Assembly: GCA_046314755.1 (NCBI GenBank)
Contig: JBKDBG010000077.1
Span: 2,152 to 66,151, forward strand
Length of the DNA: 64,000 nt
Origin: Bacteroidota bacterium
GTDB lineage: Bacteria; Bacteroidota; Bacteroidia; UKL13-3
Reading direction: 5' to 3'
The translations under genes were made by a program, and so were the position numbers. The number at the start of each line of letters is the position of its first letter. Positions within the stretch are counted from its first letter, which is position 1. Shown here one piece after another: positions 1-9,603 of the stretch. The notes below the pieces were generated by a model, which did not search any database, was not told where the DNA came from, and worked only from the letters and a program-made list of their open reading frames with translations.

Positions 1-1150
1 CATTTAAACTAAACACGATGTGGTGTATTAGCGCAAGCGCCAACACAAGGTCCGGTTTTTGTCTTTCTAAAATTGAATTTCTTTCTTGAAGTGCCCAACC
101 TTTGGATCCGGTAGGATTCCCTAAATCTATGATCAATGGGAGAATGTTTGATGGATTTTGCTTTAAAAATGTGTAATGTTGATTTACAGCATTTTCATCT
201 ACATCCATTGCTACCACAGGAATTCCTTTTGCACTTACTAAACTGCTATATTTTCCGTCATTGGCACCAATATCCCAAGTTAATTTTATTCCTGAAACTT
301 TCGTTAACGCATCTTCTATAAAAGTTGCTTTTGCCTTGTTGGCTTGGTTGGTGTAATTATTATTGGCTGTGTAATAATCATCCCAAGCAGTTTTTTGTTT
401 TTTTAACTCAAGATTATTGACTGTATTTTTTAGGTGTTTTATTAATACCAGATGTTTGTTTAAACTAAAATTAGAATGAACCCGGTTGTTTAATTCTGTT
501 TTATGGGCTGATTTGATAATGGATTTTGCATGCAAATGAAGGTGAAAATATAAACCCAAATTAAACTTACTTTTTAATGGCAAAAGTTTCGAGGTTAAAT
601 CTAATGGTATTCCATCAATATAGTGTCTGAATAAATGATTCAACCTTAAATCAACTTTTGACATTAGAGCCAAGGGGCCTAAAAAATGCCTGCAGAATTG
701 CCCGTATGCTATCCAAGGTTTTTGTTCATCAAGAATTTCAAATGAACTCGTATCAATAAATATTGGCTTGCCATTTAAGAATTGAATGTTGTAAGCGTTT
801 GCGTCCTTCAACGTCATTCCAAATTGAAGTGCGGTTTCTTGTATAGTTAAAGTAAGTAGAGCGGCATCTTTTAACTGATCAAAACACCATTCATACGGAT
901 AACTGATAAATTGTAGCTGTTGAGGTAAAAGAACTTTATTGTTAATTGTAGGTATTTCAACCTCTTCATGTTTTACAAGTAATTCTTTTTCAATCAATGT
1001 ATTGTATAATCCGCTTTCGGTAAGTTTGTTATAATGCGGTTCATAGTCGGGGTTTATTACTCTGTGTATTTTACCTTGGTAATATTTAATATAACCGTGC
1101 GGGTCTTTGAATGAGGACGGATGCGACCTTGGGGCAGAAGAATTAATCAT
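1..1150 (-). CDS. Class I SAM-dependent methyltransferase (3' end runs off the left window edge)
   Basis: It is absent from the ORF track because it is edge-truncated. My translation of the minus strand from the ATG at 1150-1148 is open down to position 2: MINSSAPRSHPSSFKDPHGYIKYYQGKIHRV...LTWDIGANDGKYSSLVSAKGIPVVAMDVDENAV...KPDLVLALALIHHIVFSLN. DIGANDG resembles SAM-binding motif I, and VVAMDVD resembles the acidic motif II. Confidence 0.6.
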   Translation of the reverse strand, partial: MINSSAPRSHPSSFKDPHGYIKYYQGKIHRVINPDYEPHYNKLTESGLYNTLIEKELLVKHEEVEIPTINNKVLLPQQLQFISYPYEWCFDQLKDAALLTLTIQETALQFGMTLKDANAYNIQFLNGKPIFIDTSSFEILDEQKPWIAYGQFCRHFLGPLALMSKVDLRLNHLFRHYIDGIPLDLTSKLLPLKSKFNLGLYFHLHLHAKSIIKSAHKTELNNRVHSNFSLNKHLVLIKHLKNTVNNLELKKQKTAWDDYYTANNNYTNQANKAKATFIEDALTKVSGIKLTWDIGANDGKYSSLVSAKGIPVVAMDVDENAVNQHYTFLKQNPSNILPLIIDLGNPTGSKGWALQERNSILERQKPDLVLALALIHHIVFSLN

Positions 1151-1151
1151 T

Positions 1152-1298
1152 TTATTTTTTGAACAAGCCCTTTATCCAGCCTTTTATACTACCGAAGTAT
1201 GATTTTAATGTTACAACCGCTCCCAATACACCTGCAATTATTACTTGAAAAACAATACTTCCGGTTCCCGGATCAATATATAAGATAAGGGTTTGCAT
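1152..1298 (-). CDS. Small hydrophobic protein (48 aa), translationally coupled to the methyltransferase
   Basis: My translation is MQTLILYIDPGTGSIVFQVIIAGVLGAVVTLKSYFGSIKGWIKGLFKK. Its TAA stop (1154-1152) lies one base before the downstream ATG (TAAAATG). It falls below the 60 aa cutoff of the track. Confidence 0.35.
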   Translation of the reverse strand: MQTLILYIDPGTGSIVFQVIIAGVLGAVVTLKSYFGSIKGWIKGLFKK

Positions 1299-1395
1299 TT
1301 TATTTAATTATGTTTTAATGCTGCAATAATAATATATTCACACAAAAAATTACTGTAAATTACGTTCAAAAATAATTAATTTGATATAGATTTAT

Positions 1396-1403
1396 CAAAG
1401 TTA
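1396..1403 (-). promoter_or_regulatory. Candidate Bacteroidota -7 box (TAACTTTG on the minus strand)
   Basis: Matches TAnnTTTG and lies about 98 nt upstream of the small ORF start at 1298. Confidence 0.25.
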
Positions 1404-1412
1404 ACTGGGTGT

Positions 1413-1889
1413 TTACTTATTTTTTAGAAACAAACCAACAATCGCACCTGTTACTGATCCCATAAACAAAGCGCCAATTATACTTTGAAGCATGTAACTG
1501 CGTAAAGAAAAATAACTTTCGGCAGCTTCCTTGGTCATCATTTGTTGGGTTACGGTATAATCAATCATGTTTTCGAAGAAATGCGGGCTAATCAAATAGT
1601 AGGTAGCCAATACATTAATTGGGCTCAATGCGGCTGTAATGATACTTAGTATTAATCCTGATACAAAGGCTTGCTTATATTGTATGGAGCCGTTGTAATC
1701 ATTTTTACGCTTGTCCATCAAGGCAAATACGTAAATTAAAATTGCCGGTACAGCAATAATATTGGTGAGTAAAGCATGTTTTTTGATGTTGATATCATGC
1801 AATCCGGTTGCATTTTCAATACCCATCCAGGTCATTGACATGATGGTGAAAATAATGGCCCACTTTAATTCGATTTTATAATTATTCAT
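1413..1889 (-). CDS. DUF4199 family membrane protein
   Basis: 158 aa with several hydrophobic helices. The N-terminal pattern ELKWAIIFTIMSMTWMGIE is typical of Bacteroidota DUF4199. A paralog lies at 32854-33402. Confidence 0.65.
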   Translation of the reverse strand: MNNYKIELKWAIIFTIMSMTWMGIENATGLHDINIKKHALLTNIIAVPAILIYVFALMDKRKNDYNGSIQYKQAFVSGLILSIITAALSPINVLATYYLISPHFFENMIDYTVTQQMMTKEAAESYFSLRSYMLQSIIGALFMGSVTGAIVGLFLKNK

Positions 1890-1904
1890 ATGTTTTTAAA
1901 TCAC

Positions 1905-3239
1905 TTACAATAATAAATTGGCAATATTGGCTAGTTCACTTCTTTCGCCTTTTTCTAAGGTTACATGCGCATACAATGCATTGTCTTTAATACGATCAAT
2001 CAAATAACTCAAACCGTTTGATTGTGCGTCCAAATAGGGTGTATCAATTTGAAAAACATCACCAGTGAAAATAATTTTACTGCCTTCTCCTGCACGTGTA
2101 ATAATGGTTTTAACCTCAAGTGGAGTAAGGTTTTGCGCCTCATCAATAATAAATAAAATATTAGATAAGCTGCGTCCGCGGATGTAAGCCAATGGGGTAA
2201 CCATTAACTTCTCTTGATTAACCATATCAGTTAATTTTTGGTATTCTTTATCGGTTTCTTTCCACTGATTTTGTATCAATTTTAGGTTATCCCACAATGG
2301 TTCCATATACGGATTTACCTTGCTTTTGATATCACCCGGTAAGTAGCCGATGTCTTTGTTGCCAAGCGGTACAATTGGTCGTGCCAAGTAAATCTGTCGG
2401 TAATTCTGACGTTGCTCCAAGGCTGCTGCCAACGCAAGTAAGGTTTTGCCGGTACCCGCCACGCCTTGTATACTTACTAATGAAATATTTGGATTGAGCA
2501 CCGCATGCATGGCAAAAGTTTGTTCGGCATTACGCGGCTTAATGCCGTAACAACTGCGCTTATCAATTTTTTCAATGCTTTCGTTTTGTGGATTGAAAAA
2601 ACAAAGCACGCTTGTTTTGTTGTTTTTTAAAATAAAGTAATGATTGGCTGCCGGCTTCTCATCAAATAACAAATCATAACTCACAAACCCATCAGCATAA
2701 ATCAAATCAATAATGGTTTGTTTAACCCCATCAATGGTAGTAATGCCGGTGTGCAATGCATCCAGATTTTTTATTTTCCCGGTTTCATAATCCTCGGCCG
2801 TAATATTTAAAGCTTTTGCTTTTAAACGCAGGTTTACATCCTTGGTTACAAGAATTACTTTTCTGCCTTTTTCTTTCTGTTGAATGGCAATGGCTGCATT
2901 AAGTATTCTATGGTCCGCTTTTCTTTCACCAAATACCACTTCGGCATCAACACTTGTTCTCTCGTGAAATTGTACTTTAAACTTACCTCGGCCTCTTCCG
3001 TTAATCGGTATCCAGTCGGTTAAGGTGTATTGGCCTGATAGTTTATCTAAAAATCGAATAAATTCTCTGGCTTCATAATTAATGGTATCGTTTCCTTTTT
3101 TAAAATTGTCCAACTCTTCAAGTACTGTTATGGGAATGGCCACATCATGTTCCTGAAAATTTGTGATACATTTATGATCATATAAAAATACGGAAGTATC
3201 AAGAACAAAAATTTTGCGTTCGGGTGCTTTTTTGGCCAT
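1905..3239 (-). CDS. PhoH-family ATPase with N-terminal PIN domain (YlaK-like)
   Basis: The PIN-like N-terminus reads FVLDTSVFLYD...TVLEELD. Walker A is GVAGTGKT and Walker B is LFIIDEAQN. The C-terminal PhoH signature region is present. 444 aa. Confidence 0.85.
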   Translation of the reverse strand: MAKKAPERKIFVLDTSVFLYDHKCITNFQEHDVAIPITVLEELDNFKKGNDTINYEAREFIRFLDKLSGQYTLTDWIPINGRGRGKFKVQFHERTSVDAEVVFGERKADHRILNAAIAIQQKEKGRKVILVTKDVNLRLKAKALNITAEDYETGKIKNLDALHTGITTIDGVKQTIIDLIYADGFVSYDLLFDEKPAANHYFILKNNKTSVLCFFNPQNESIEKIDKRSCYGIKPRNAEQTFAMHAVLNPNISLVSIQGVAGTGKTLLALAAALEQRQNYRQIYLARPIVPLGNKDIGYLPGDIKSKVNPYMEPLWDNLKLIQNQWKETDKEYQKLTDMVNQEKLMVTPLAYIRGRSLSNILFIIDEAQNLTPLEVKTIITRAGEGSKIIFTGDVFQIDTPYLDAQSNGLSYLIDRIKDNALYAHVTLEKGERSELANIANLLL

Positions 3240-3393
3240 GGCTTTAGTATTTGATGTGAATAATTATAAAATCAATTTATTAGATAGGAACTAATTTGAA
3301 GGATTTAGTTGTAAACACAATGTGTAAATGTGATTGAAAATTCGTAAATACAGGTGTTTGCGTTTGTTTTATTAATTACTTTGCAGGTTGATT

Positions 3394-4323
3394 ATGAAGT
3401 TACAATTGGATTTTACATTCGCGTCTCAATTTCAGGTAAATTATAACAAACCTTTGTTAACGTTGGGCTCTTGTTTTGCCGAAGAAGTGGGTGAGCGGTT
3501 GAAGAAACATTATTTTAAAACGGTATTAAATCCGAATGGTATATTGTTTAACCCAATAAGTATTGCCAATGCATTGGCACAATATGCACAAAAGGAGTTT
3601 AACGGTAAGGTATTTTATCATAATGAGTTGTGGCAAAGTTGGGATTATCATGGTGCTTTTTCGCATCCTCAAATGGAAGTTGCGTTAGCACAAATGAAAC
3701 ACGCTCATCATATCGCACATGAGCACGTAAAACAGCATCCAGTATTGCTTATTACTTTTGGTTCTGCATGGGTATATGAGTTGGTTGAAACCGGCCAGAT
3801 TGTAGCCAACTGCCACAAAGTTCCTTCAGCGCATTTCCGTAAAAGATTGCTAAGCGTGGAGGAAATGATGAAAGCTTGGATAACCGTTTTAGAAATGCCT
3901 GCCTACCAAAATTTACAAGTTGTATTTACGGTTAGTCCTGTTCGATATGTTCGTGATGGGTTGGTTGAAAACAATAGGAGTAAGGCAAGGTTAATTGAAC
4001 TCGTTCATGCTCTTATTGATAAACTTGGAAACCAACAAGTACAATATTTTCCGGCTTATGAACTGGTAATTGATGTGCTCAGAGATTATAGGTTTTATGA
4101 CCAAGATATGTTGCATCCTACCGAACAAGCCGTAGATATTGTTTGGGATAAATTTATACAATATGGCATGGATGAACCTACCCAACAGTTTACGCAAGAG
4201 GCAAGCAGCATCATAGCCATGGAGTCGCATCGGTTGTTACACCTTGAAACGCCTGCAGCTAAAAAATTTATCGAAAATTTAAAAGCGAAAAAACGTGCGT
4301 TTGATTTGAAGTATTCGTTGTAA
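3394..4323 (+). CDS. GSCFA family protein
   Basis: The eponymous motif is near the N-terminus (LLTLGSCFAEEVG). The track begins at TTG 3388, but ATG 3394 is the more likely start. Confidence 0.75.
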   Translation: MKLQLDFTFASQFQVNYNKPLLTLGSCFAEEVGERLKKHYFKTVLNPNGILFNPISIANALAQYAQKEFNGKVFYHNELWQSWDYHGAFSHPQMEVALAQMKHAHHIAHEHVKQHPVLLITFGSAWVYELVETGQIVANCHKVPSAHFRKRLLSVEEMMKAWITVLEMPAYQNLQVVFTVSPVRYVRDGLVENNRSKARLIELVHALIDKLGNQQVQYFPAYELVIDVLRDYRFYDQDMLHPTEQAVDIVWDKFIQYGMDEPTQQFTQEASSIIAMESHRLLHLETPAAKKFIENLKAKKRAFDLKYSL

Positions 4324-4326
4324 TGC

Positions 4327-4632
4327 TTAGAATTTTAATTCCAATTCACTTACCACTTGGTTGTTAATGAGATGTTGTTCTACAATGCGTTCAACATCGG
4401 CCAAAGTTACTTTTCCGTAATAGGTTCCTTCCGGATAAACAACCAATGCCGGTCCGTTACTGCAAGCATCTATACAACCCGCACGTTGCGCCCTAATTTT
4501 GGTTTGTAAACCTTTATTTCTGATTGATTCTTTAAATGCATTTACCAATTCCGTGCCTCTTGTATCTCCGCAACAAGCTTTGCCTTCTGCTTTTTGATTG
4601 GTGCAAATAAAAATGTGTTTTTCGTATCTCAT
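4327..4632 (-). CDS. Thioredoxin-like [2Fe-2S] ferredoxin
   Basis: 101 aa. Cys ligand pattern FICTN...KACCGD...GCIDACSNGPALVVYPEGTYYG. Confidence 0.8.
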   Translation of the reverse strand: MRYEKHIFICTNQKAEGKACCGDTRGTELVNAFKESIRNKGLQTKIRAQRAGCIDACSNGPALVVYPEGTYYGKVTLADVERIVEQHLINNQVVSELELKF

Positions 4633-4707
4633 ACCTATGGCAAAAGTGCATTTTTATCCCAAATTATTCCAATTGATTTTGCATATCTGTTTAAATATAA
4701 ATTGGAT

Positions 4708-4715
4708 TATCTTTG
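4708..4715 (+). promoter_or_regulatory. Candidate -7 promoter box TATCTTTG
   Basis: Exact TAnnTTTG match 13 nt upstream of ATG 4729. This supports the shorter TerC start. Confidence 0.4.
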
Positions 4716-4728
4716 CGGGCTGAAACTT

Positions 4729-5478
4729 ATGGACATCATTGCATTGTTTAGTAAGCCCGAAGCATGGCTCTCGCTCATTACCTTGTCGGTAATGGAAATT
4801 GTACTTGGTATTGATAATGTAATCTTCATTTCGTTGGTTACATCAAAACTACCTAAGCAAAAACAAAACAAAGCAAGACGTTTAGGCTTGTTCTTGGCTT
4901 TGTTTATTCGTTTAATTTTATTGTCGTTTATCAGTTACATCGTAAATGAAATGACGAATCCGATTCTTACTTTTTATAAGTATAGTTTGAGTTGGAGAGA
5001 TATTATTTTACTGGCAGGTGGTTTGTTTTTATTGTATAAAAGTACAGTTGAGATTTACGAATTATTGGAGGTAGATGCCGAAGAACACAGCAAAAAAATA
5101 AGCCCTACCTTTTGGAATGTGGTATTTCAAGTGATTTTGATTGACATTGTATTTTCTTTTGATTCCATCATCACTGCGGTAGGCTTAGCCAAAGATTTAC
5201 CGATTATGATTGCTGCGGTTGTGATCTCCATGATTATTATGCTTTTCTTCTCGTCTGCTATCAGTAAGTTTATTGATAAACATCCAAGTATAAAACTGTT
5301 GGCTTTGGCATTTTTGCTCACCATTGGTTTGTTATTGGTAGCCGAAGCATTCGGGCAGCATGTACCAAAAGGTTATGTATATTTTGCTATGGCATTTTCC
5401 ATTTCGGTTGAATTGCTCAATATGCGTATGCGTAAAAAGCCGTCAAAACCTGTTGATTTAAAAGATATTTATAAATAG
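4729..5478 (+). CDS. TerC family integral membrane protein
   Basis: MDIIALFSKPEAWLSLITLSVMEIVLGIDNVIFISL matches the TerC pattern and the protein has multiple TM segments. The track start at 4594 overlaps the ferredoxin gene and is probably an artefact. Confidence 0.8.
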   Translation: MDIIALFSKPEAWLSLITLSVMEIVLGIDNVIFISLVTSKLPKQKQNKARRLGLFLALFIRLILLSFISYIVNEMTNPILTFYKYSLSWRDIILLAGGLFLLYKSTVEIYELLEVDAEEHSKKISPTFWNVVFQVILIDIVFSFDSIITAVGLAKDLPIMIAAVVISMIIMLFFSSAISKFIDKHPSIKLLALAFLLTIGLLLVAEAFGQHVPKGYVYFAMAFSISVELLNMRMRKKPSKPVDLKDIYK

Positions 5479-5482
5479 TTGA

Positions 5483-6184
5483 ATGGCTGTACAGGTTGAT
5501 TTTATTGATTGGGGGCGGATTCCATATCAAGAGGCTTGGGACAAACAAGAAGCATTGTTTAAAGATAAAGTCGACCAAAAATTTTTGAACCGTTCATTAC
5601 CTGAATCACAGCACATACTTCCCAATCATCAATTTATTTTATGTGAACACCCGCATGTGTACACCTTAGGAAAAACTGGTGATGTAGCCAACTTGTTAAT
5701 TAGTGAAGCGGAGTTAGATAAAATTGGAGCAACGTATGTTCCAATCAATAGAGGAGGCGATATTACCTACCACGGTCCGGGACAAATTGTGGGTTATCCT
5801 ATTTTAGATTTGGAGCAGTTTTTTACAGATATTCATAGATACCTTCGTACACTTGAAGAAGTTATTATTAAAGTGATGGCGGAGTATGGATTAAAAGGCG
5901 AGCGTTACGAAGGCTACACCGGAGTTTGGTTAGATGTAGATGCTGCCGATAAGGCCAGAAAAATTTGTGCCATGGGCGTACGATGCAGTCGCTGGGTTAC
6001 CATGCACGGTTTTGCGTTTAATGTAAATACCGATTTAAATTATTTTAACCACATTGTTCCTTGCGGTATTGATGATAAACAAGTAACCTCTTTGCAAGAA
6101 GAGTTGGGCTACAACTTAGATTTGAATGAAGTGAAGCAATTGGTGAAAAAACATTTTGCTGCTGAATTCAATGTAACCTATTAA
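5483..6184 (+). CDS. lipB: Octanoyltransferase (lipoyl(octanoyl) transferase)
   Basis: RGGDITYHGPGQIVGYPILDL and KICAMGVRCSRWVTMHGFAFNV are LipB hallmark segments. Confidence 0.9.
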   Translation: MAVQVDFIDWGRIPYQEAWDKQEALFKDKVDQKFLNRSLPESQHILPNHQFILCEHPHVYTLGKTGDVANLLISEAELDKIGATYVPINRGGDITYHGPGQIVGYPILDLEQFFTDIHRYLRTLEEVIIKVMAEYGLKGERYEGYTGVWLDVDAADKARKICAMGVRCSRWVTMHGFAFNVNTDLNYFNHIVPCGIDDKQVTSLQEELGYNLDLNEVKQLVKKHFAAEFNVTY

Positions 6185-8520
6185 AACTTATATCCTACCT
6201 GCAAAATACTTAATCGCGTTGGCCTCAAATCAGCAGGACGAGTCATTATTTCAGTATTTAACACATTATTGATGACCAAAGAAAACGTAAACCTGTTGAT
6301 GGTGTAACTTGCTCGTAAATCAATGATAAAATCACCACTGGCATTTAATGCTCGCCCACGCTCAACCCCTGGAACTGCAATGTTTAAAGGAATTTCAGTA
6401 AATACCCTATCTACATTTTTCATTCGGCTGTTGTAACGCAAGCTCACCCCCAACATGTAACGTTGTTTGTAAGTTACTTGCATGTCAAGTTTAGCCAAAT
6501 GAACGTAACGGTATTTCAAGTAGTTTTCGGAAGTATCAGTACTGGTGTAATTGTACGTGTAATTTGTTTTTCTGTTGGATGAGTCGGTTGCAAAAACCGC
6601 TTGTGGTTCAAGCATAATTGGCAATGCATAAGTATAGCCCGCTAAAAACAAATAACTCCATTTGCCGTGTTCTATTGCACCTTGCAAAACCGCATCAATA
6701 CCCGAAATACGTGCTGTGCCAATATTAAAACTGGTAAAGCCAATATTGCGTAAATCAAAAAATGAAGGTGGAGGTGTTGAAAAGGTTCTGTTTCTCCATT
6801 GGCCAAAATTAAACTCCACCATGTTGTTGTATTCACTTAAAAAATAAGCCACATCTGCATAGCCCTTTAATGCACCCCATTTAAAGCCTTGTTTTAGTCC
6901 AAGTTCAGCGCTGTTTCCTTCCTCAGGTCTAAGATTTGGGTTCGGAAAAACATTCACCAAACCTACTGATGTTTCTATGTAACGTTCGGCAATAGTTGGG
7001 TAGCGATAACCTTGTCCGATGCTGCCTCGCAAAAAGGTAGCAGGGAATAATTGATACGATAATCCAAATCGGCCAATCACCTTATCAGCTTGATCATTCT
7101 CCATGGTGAAAGTTTCATAACGAACCCCGGTACTTAGGGTTAACTTTTTTAACAATAAATCCAATTGTGCAAAGGTGGCAAAATTTGTTGCCGTAAGTGC
7201 TTTCCCTCCATACAAGGCACTGTTACTTTCTGTGTAGTTGCCTGAAATACCGGCTGAAAGTGTTCCTTTTTGTTTGTTTAACATAAGGGTTGAAACCAAT
7301 TCATTGTAGGCATTTATGCTACTATTATCTTGGTCTACTCCTGTGCTGCTTTCATCTAAATCATTATTCACGCTGTAATATCTTCCGCGATACCTGAGTT
7401 TAACTTTTTTAAACACGAAATCGGCATGAGGATCTAAACTAAATAGTGTTGCATTGGTTTTTGTTTGTGCGCTGTCTAAAGCTGTGTAACCGTAACTAAA
7501 GCTTTCCCATAATAAAAAACTGGCGCTTTGTTGGGTCATAAATGAGCCATCAATTCCCACTTCAAATTGGTGCTGTTTTGATAATAAATAATTGGTTTTA
7601 AAATTGGTACGTACACGTTTATCAAATTCTCCTAAACGATAACCTTGGTCGTTTAAGGCATTTACGCCCAAGGTTAGTTCTAATCGTTTAATTTTTTGAC
7701 TGTAAAATCCGTTAAAACCATTTTGCCATCTATTCCCTTTCCACCATTTGGCAGAGTCGCGTTGGGGCATGGAATAAACACCATTAAAAAGCTGAAATGA
7801 AAATCGAGGTTTTTTATCAGGTCGTGCAGTTCGAATATTTACAATGCCATTTAATGCACCCGAACCGTACATCACGGAGCTTGCTCCTTTAATTACCTCA
7901 ACACTTCGAATATTATCCGTTGGAATAAACTTCCATTGCACTTGTCCGGCATCACCGGTAGTTAAGGGTACATCATCAACCAACAATAAAACTCTTGAGC
8001 CTGCTCCATACGTCCAACCACTGCCGCTGCGAATATTTAATTGCCCATCTACCACATTCACCGAAGGCAATTGGTTCATCGCATTTTCCATATTGGTGGT
8101 AATTCTTTTTTCAATCAAATAAGGCTTAATCACATCCACTGAAACAGTTTGTCTTTTCAGTTCTGTTTGATTTCTGCTTCCCGTAACAACCGCCTCATCA
8201 AGCTGTGTTTGTGCCGGTGAGAGTTGAATAACAAGTTGTGCAGTCGGCTTTAATTTTAGCTTTAGTTTTTCATAACCGATGTAATAAAAATTGATTTCAA
8301 CCGAATCATTGTTGTTGGTGCTAATGGTAAATAGCCCGTCAATATTGGTGAAGGTGTTGATTTTACCTGTTGAAACTGCCACACCTACCAAGGCCTCACC
8401 TGTAACCTTGTCAATTACTTTGCCTTGCAAAATACTTTGGGCAAATACAACAGAGTTTTCAACACTTGTAAGCAAATAAACTAATGTAAGAATTGGTTTT
8501 AAAATGTATCTTGCTTTCAT
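6181..8520 (-). CDS. TonB-dependent outer-membrane receptor with N-terminal carboxypeptidase-regulatory-like domain
   Basis: Signal peptide, then GKVIDKVTGEALVGVAVS (CarbopepD_reg-like), a plug segment (VEVIKGASSVMYGSGALNGIVNIRT), a long beta-barrel, and a terminal aromatic residue (VGYKF). Confidence 0.85.
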   Translation of the reverse strand: MKARYILKPILTLVYLLTSVENSVVFAQSILQGKVIDKVTGEALVGVAVSTGKINTFTNIDGLFTISTNNNDSVEINFYYIGYEKLKLKLKPTAQLVIQLSPAQTQLDEAVVTGSRNQTELKRQTVSVDVIKPYLIEKRITTNMENAMNQLPSVNVVDGQLNIRSGSGWTYGAGSRVLLLVDDVPLTTGDAGQVQWKFIPTDNIRSVEVIKGASSVMYGSGALNGIVNIRTARPDKKPRFSFQLFNGVYSMPQRDSAKWWKGNRWQNGFNGFYSQKIKRLELTLGVNALNDQGYRLGEFDKRVRTNFKTNYLLSKQHQFEVGIDGSFMTQQSASFLLWESFSYGYTALDSAQTKTNATLFSLDPHADFVFKKVKLRYRGRYYSVNNDLDESSTGVDQDNSSINAYNELVSTLMLNKQKGTLSAGISGNYTESNSALYGGKALTATNFATFAQLDLLLKKLTLSTGVRYETFTMENDQADKVIGRFGLSYQLFPATFLRGSIGQGYRYPTIAERYIETSVGLVNVFPNPNLRPEEGNSAELGLKQGFKWGALKGYADVAYFLSEYNNMVEFNFGQWRNRTFSTPPPSFFDLRNIGFTSFNIGTARISGIDAVLQGAIEHGKWSYLFLAGYTYALPIMLEPQAVFATDSSNRKTNYTYNYTSTDTSENYLKYRYVHLAKLDMQVTYKQRYMLGVSLRYNSRMKNVDRVFTEIPLNIAVPGVERGRALNASGDFIIDLRASYTINRFTFSLVINNVLNTEIMTRPADLRPTRLSILQVGYKF

Positions 8521-8536
8521 ATAATTGAGTACGAAT

Positions 8537-9256
8537 ATGAAATTTTTTAATCAAATCATGTTATTGTGTGCTATGGTTTTGCTGTATAATTCTAGCCATG
8601 CACAATGCACGCCTGATAATAATATGCCAAAAGGAAGCATATTGCCTGAAGCGTTGGATATTGCTTACTACAACACAAACTATTCTCAAGTAATGTATTA
8701 CAGGGCTCCAACCGATACAAGTGCGCAAACTCCATTTGGTACTTTACCCGTGCAAATTGATAGTATGGAAATAACCGGAGTTTCGGGGCTGCCTGCAGGT
8801 TTAAGTTATGTGTGCAATACAGGAAGTTGCAGATTTAAAGGAGGAGAATCAGGTTGTCTAACCTTATCAGGTTCGCCTACGGTAAAGGGCGTTTTTCCTT
8901 TGGTGGTATATATCAGAACCTATGCAACCATAAAGGGTATTGTTGATATTCCTGCCACACAAAATGATTCGAATATACGCTATACAGTTTATGTTTACGG
9001 TAGTGTTGGGCTTGATGATAAAACAACTTCTGCCGAATTAAAAATTTACCCGAATCCTGCCAAACAAGTCATCAATATTGAGTCAAATGATAAAGTTGAA
9101 GAAGTAAATATATTTGATGCAAATGGAAAATTGGTTCAAACCCAACAACAGATTACCGGAAGCCAAATCCAACTTAATCAATTGAATAAAGGGTTGTATT
9201 GGATAAAAATTCAAGCCGCTTCAAACACACACGTACAAAAGTTTTTTGTGGAGTAA
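8537..9256 (+). CDS. Small Cys-rich secreted protein with T9SS C-terminal sorting domain
   Basis: Signal peptide MKFFNQIMLLCAMVLLYNSSHAQ. The C-terminus LKIYPNPAKQVINIE...GLYWIKIQAASNTHVQKFFVE is a Por_Secre_tail-type CTD. The track start at 8525 is TTG; I prefer ATG 8537. Confidence 0.7.
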   Translation: MKFFNQIMLLCAMVLLYNSSHAQCTPDNNMPKGSILPEALDIAYYNTNYSQVMYYRAPTDTSAQTPFGTLPVQIDSMEITGVSGLPAGLSYVCNTGSCRFKGGESGCLTLSGSPTVKGVFPLVVYIRTYATIKGIVDIPATQNDSNIRYTVYVYGSVGLDDKTTSAELKIYPNPAKQVINIESNDKVEEVNIFDANGKLVQTQQQITGSQIQLNQLNKGLYWIKIQAASNTHVQKFFVE

Positions 9257-9603
9257 TGCTGCCCAAAGCCCGCAGTTTTCGTTATGCCATACAAGGAATC
9301 ATTACTGCATTTCGCAGTGAGCGAAATTTACGTTTTCAGCTTTTGGTTTCAGGTTTGATAATAGCTGCTTCTTGGTATTTTCATTTAAGTACAACCGAAT
9401 GGATTTTAGTGTTGATGTGTTGTGCCATGGTGATTGGATTTGAATTGATGAATACGACTATGGAGTATTTTATTAATCAAGTGGAACCGCAAAAACAAGA
9501 GTGGGTAGCCAAAGTAAAAGACATTGCAGCAGGTGCAGTGTTGGTAGTATCGGTTTTCGCTGCTGTAATCGGGTTCATTATTTTTTTACCTAAACTGTTT
9601 TGA
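9256..9603 (+). CDS. dgkA: Diacylglycerol kinase
   Basis: MLPKARSFRYAIQGIITAFRSERNLRFQL..., three TM helices and a MNTTMEY segment. The ATG overlaps the upstream stop (TAATG). The longer track ORF (9199) lies inside the previous gene. Confidence 0.8.
   Translation: MLPKARSFRYAIQGIITAFRSERNLRFQLLVSGLIIAASWYFHLSTTEWILVLMCCAMVIGFELMNTTMEYFINQVEPQKQEWVAKVKDIAAGAVLVVSVFAAVIGFIIFLPKLF

Noticed and set aside
136-321. 61 aa plus-strand ORF
   Set aside because: It lies antisense inside the edge-truncated methyltransferase gene, which reads cleanly on the minus strand with recognisable SAM-binding motifs. The ORF's sequence is low-complexity His/Leu-rich with no supporting signals.
4594-4728. N-terminal extensions of track ORFs (TerC 4594, dgkA 9199, hbd 12660, lpxB 28684, coiled-coil 28556, htrA 50656, ABC-F 53986, sufS 44392, response regulator 40109)
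   Set aside because: The extensions overlap neighbouring genes or start at TTG/GTG. Internal ATGs give canonical N-termini or signal peptides, and several are preceded by a TAnnTTTG box at the right distance.
4633-4728. Possible riboswitch leaders: a Mn(II) yybP-ykoY type upstream of TerC, and a cobalamin type upstream of the B12-binding-like gene at 33403-33487
   Set aside because: The leaders are only about 95 and 85 nt long and AT-rich. I could not see the conserved G-rich cores or stem architecture of these riboswitch classes, and a -7 box 13 nt from the TerC ATG leaves almost no leader.
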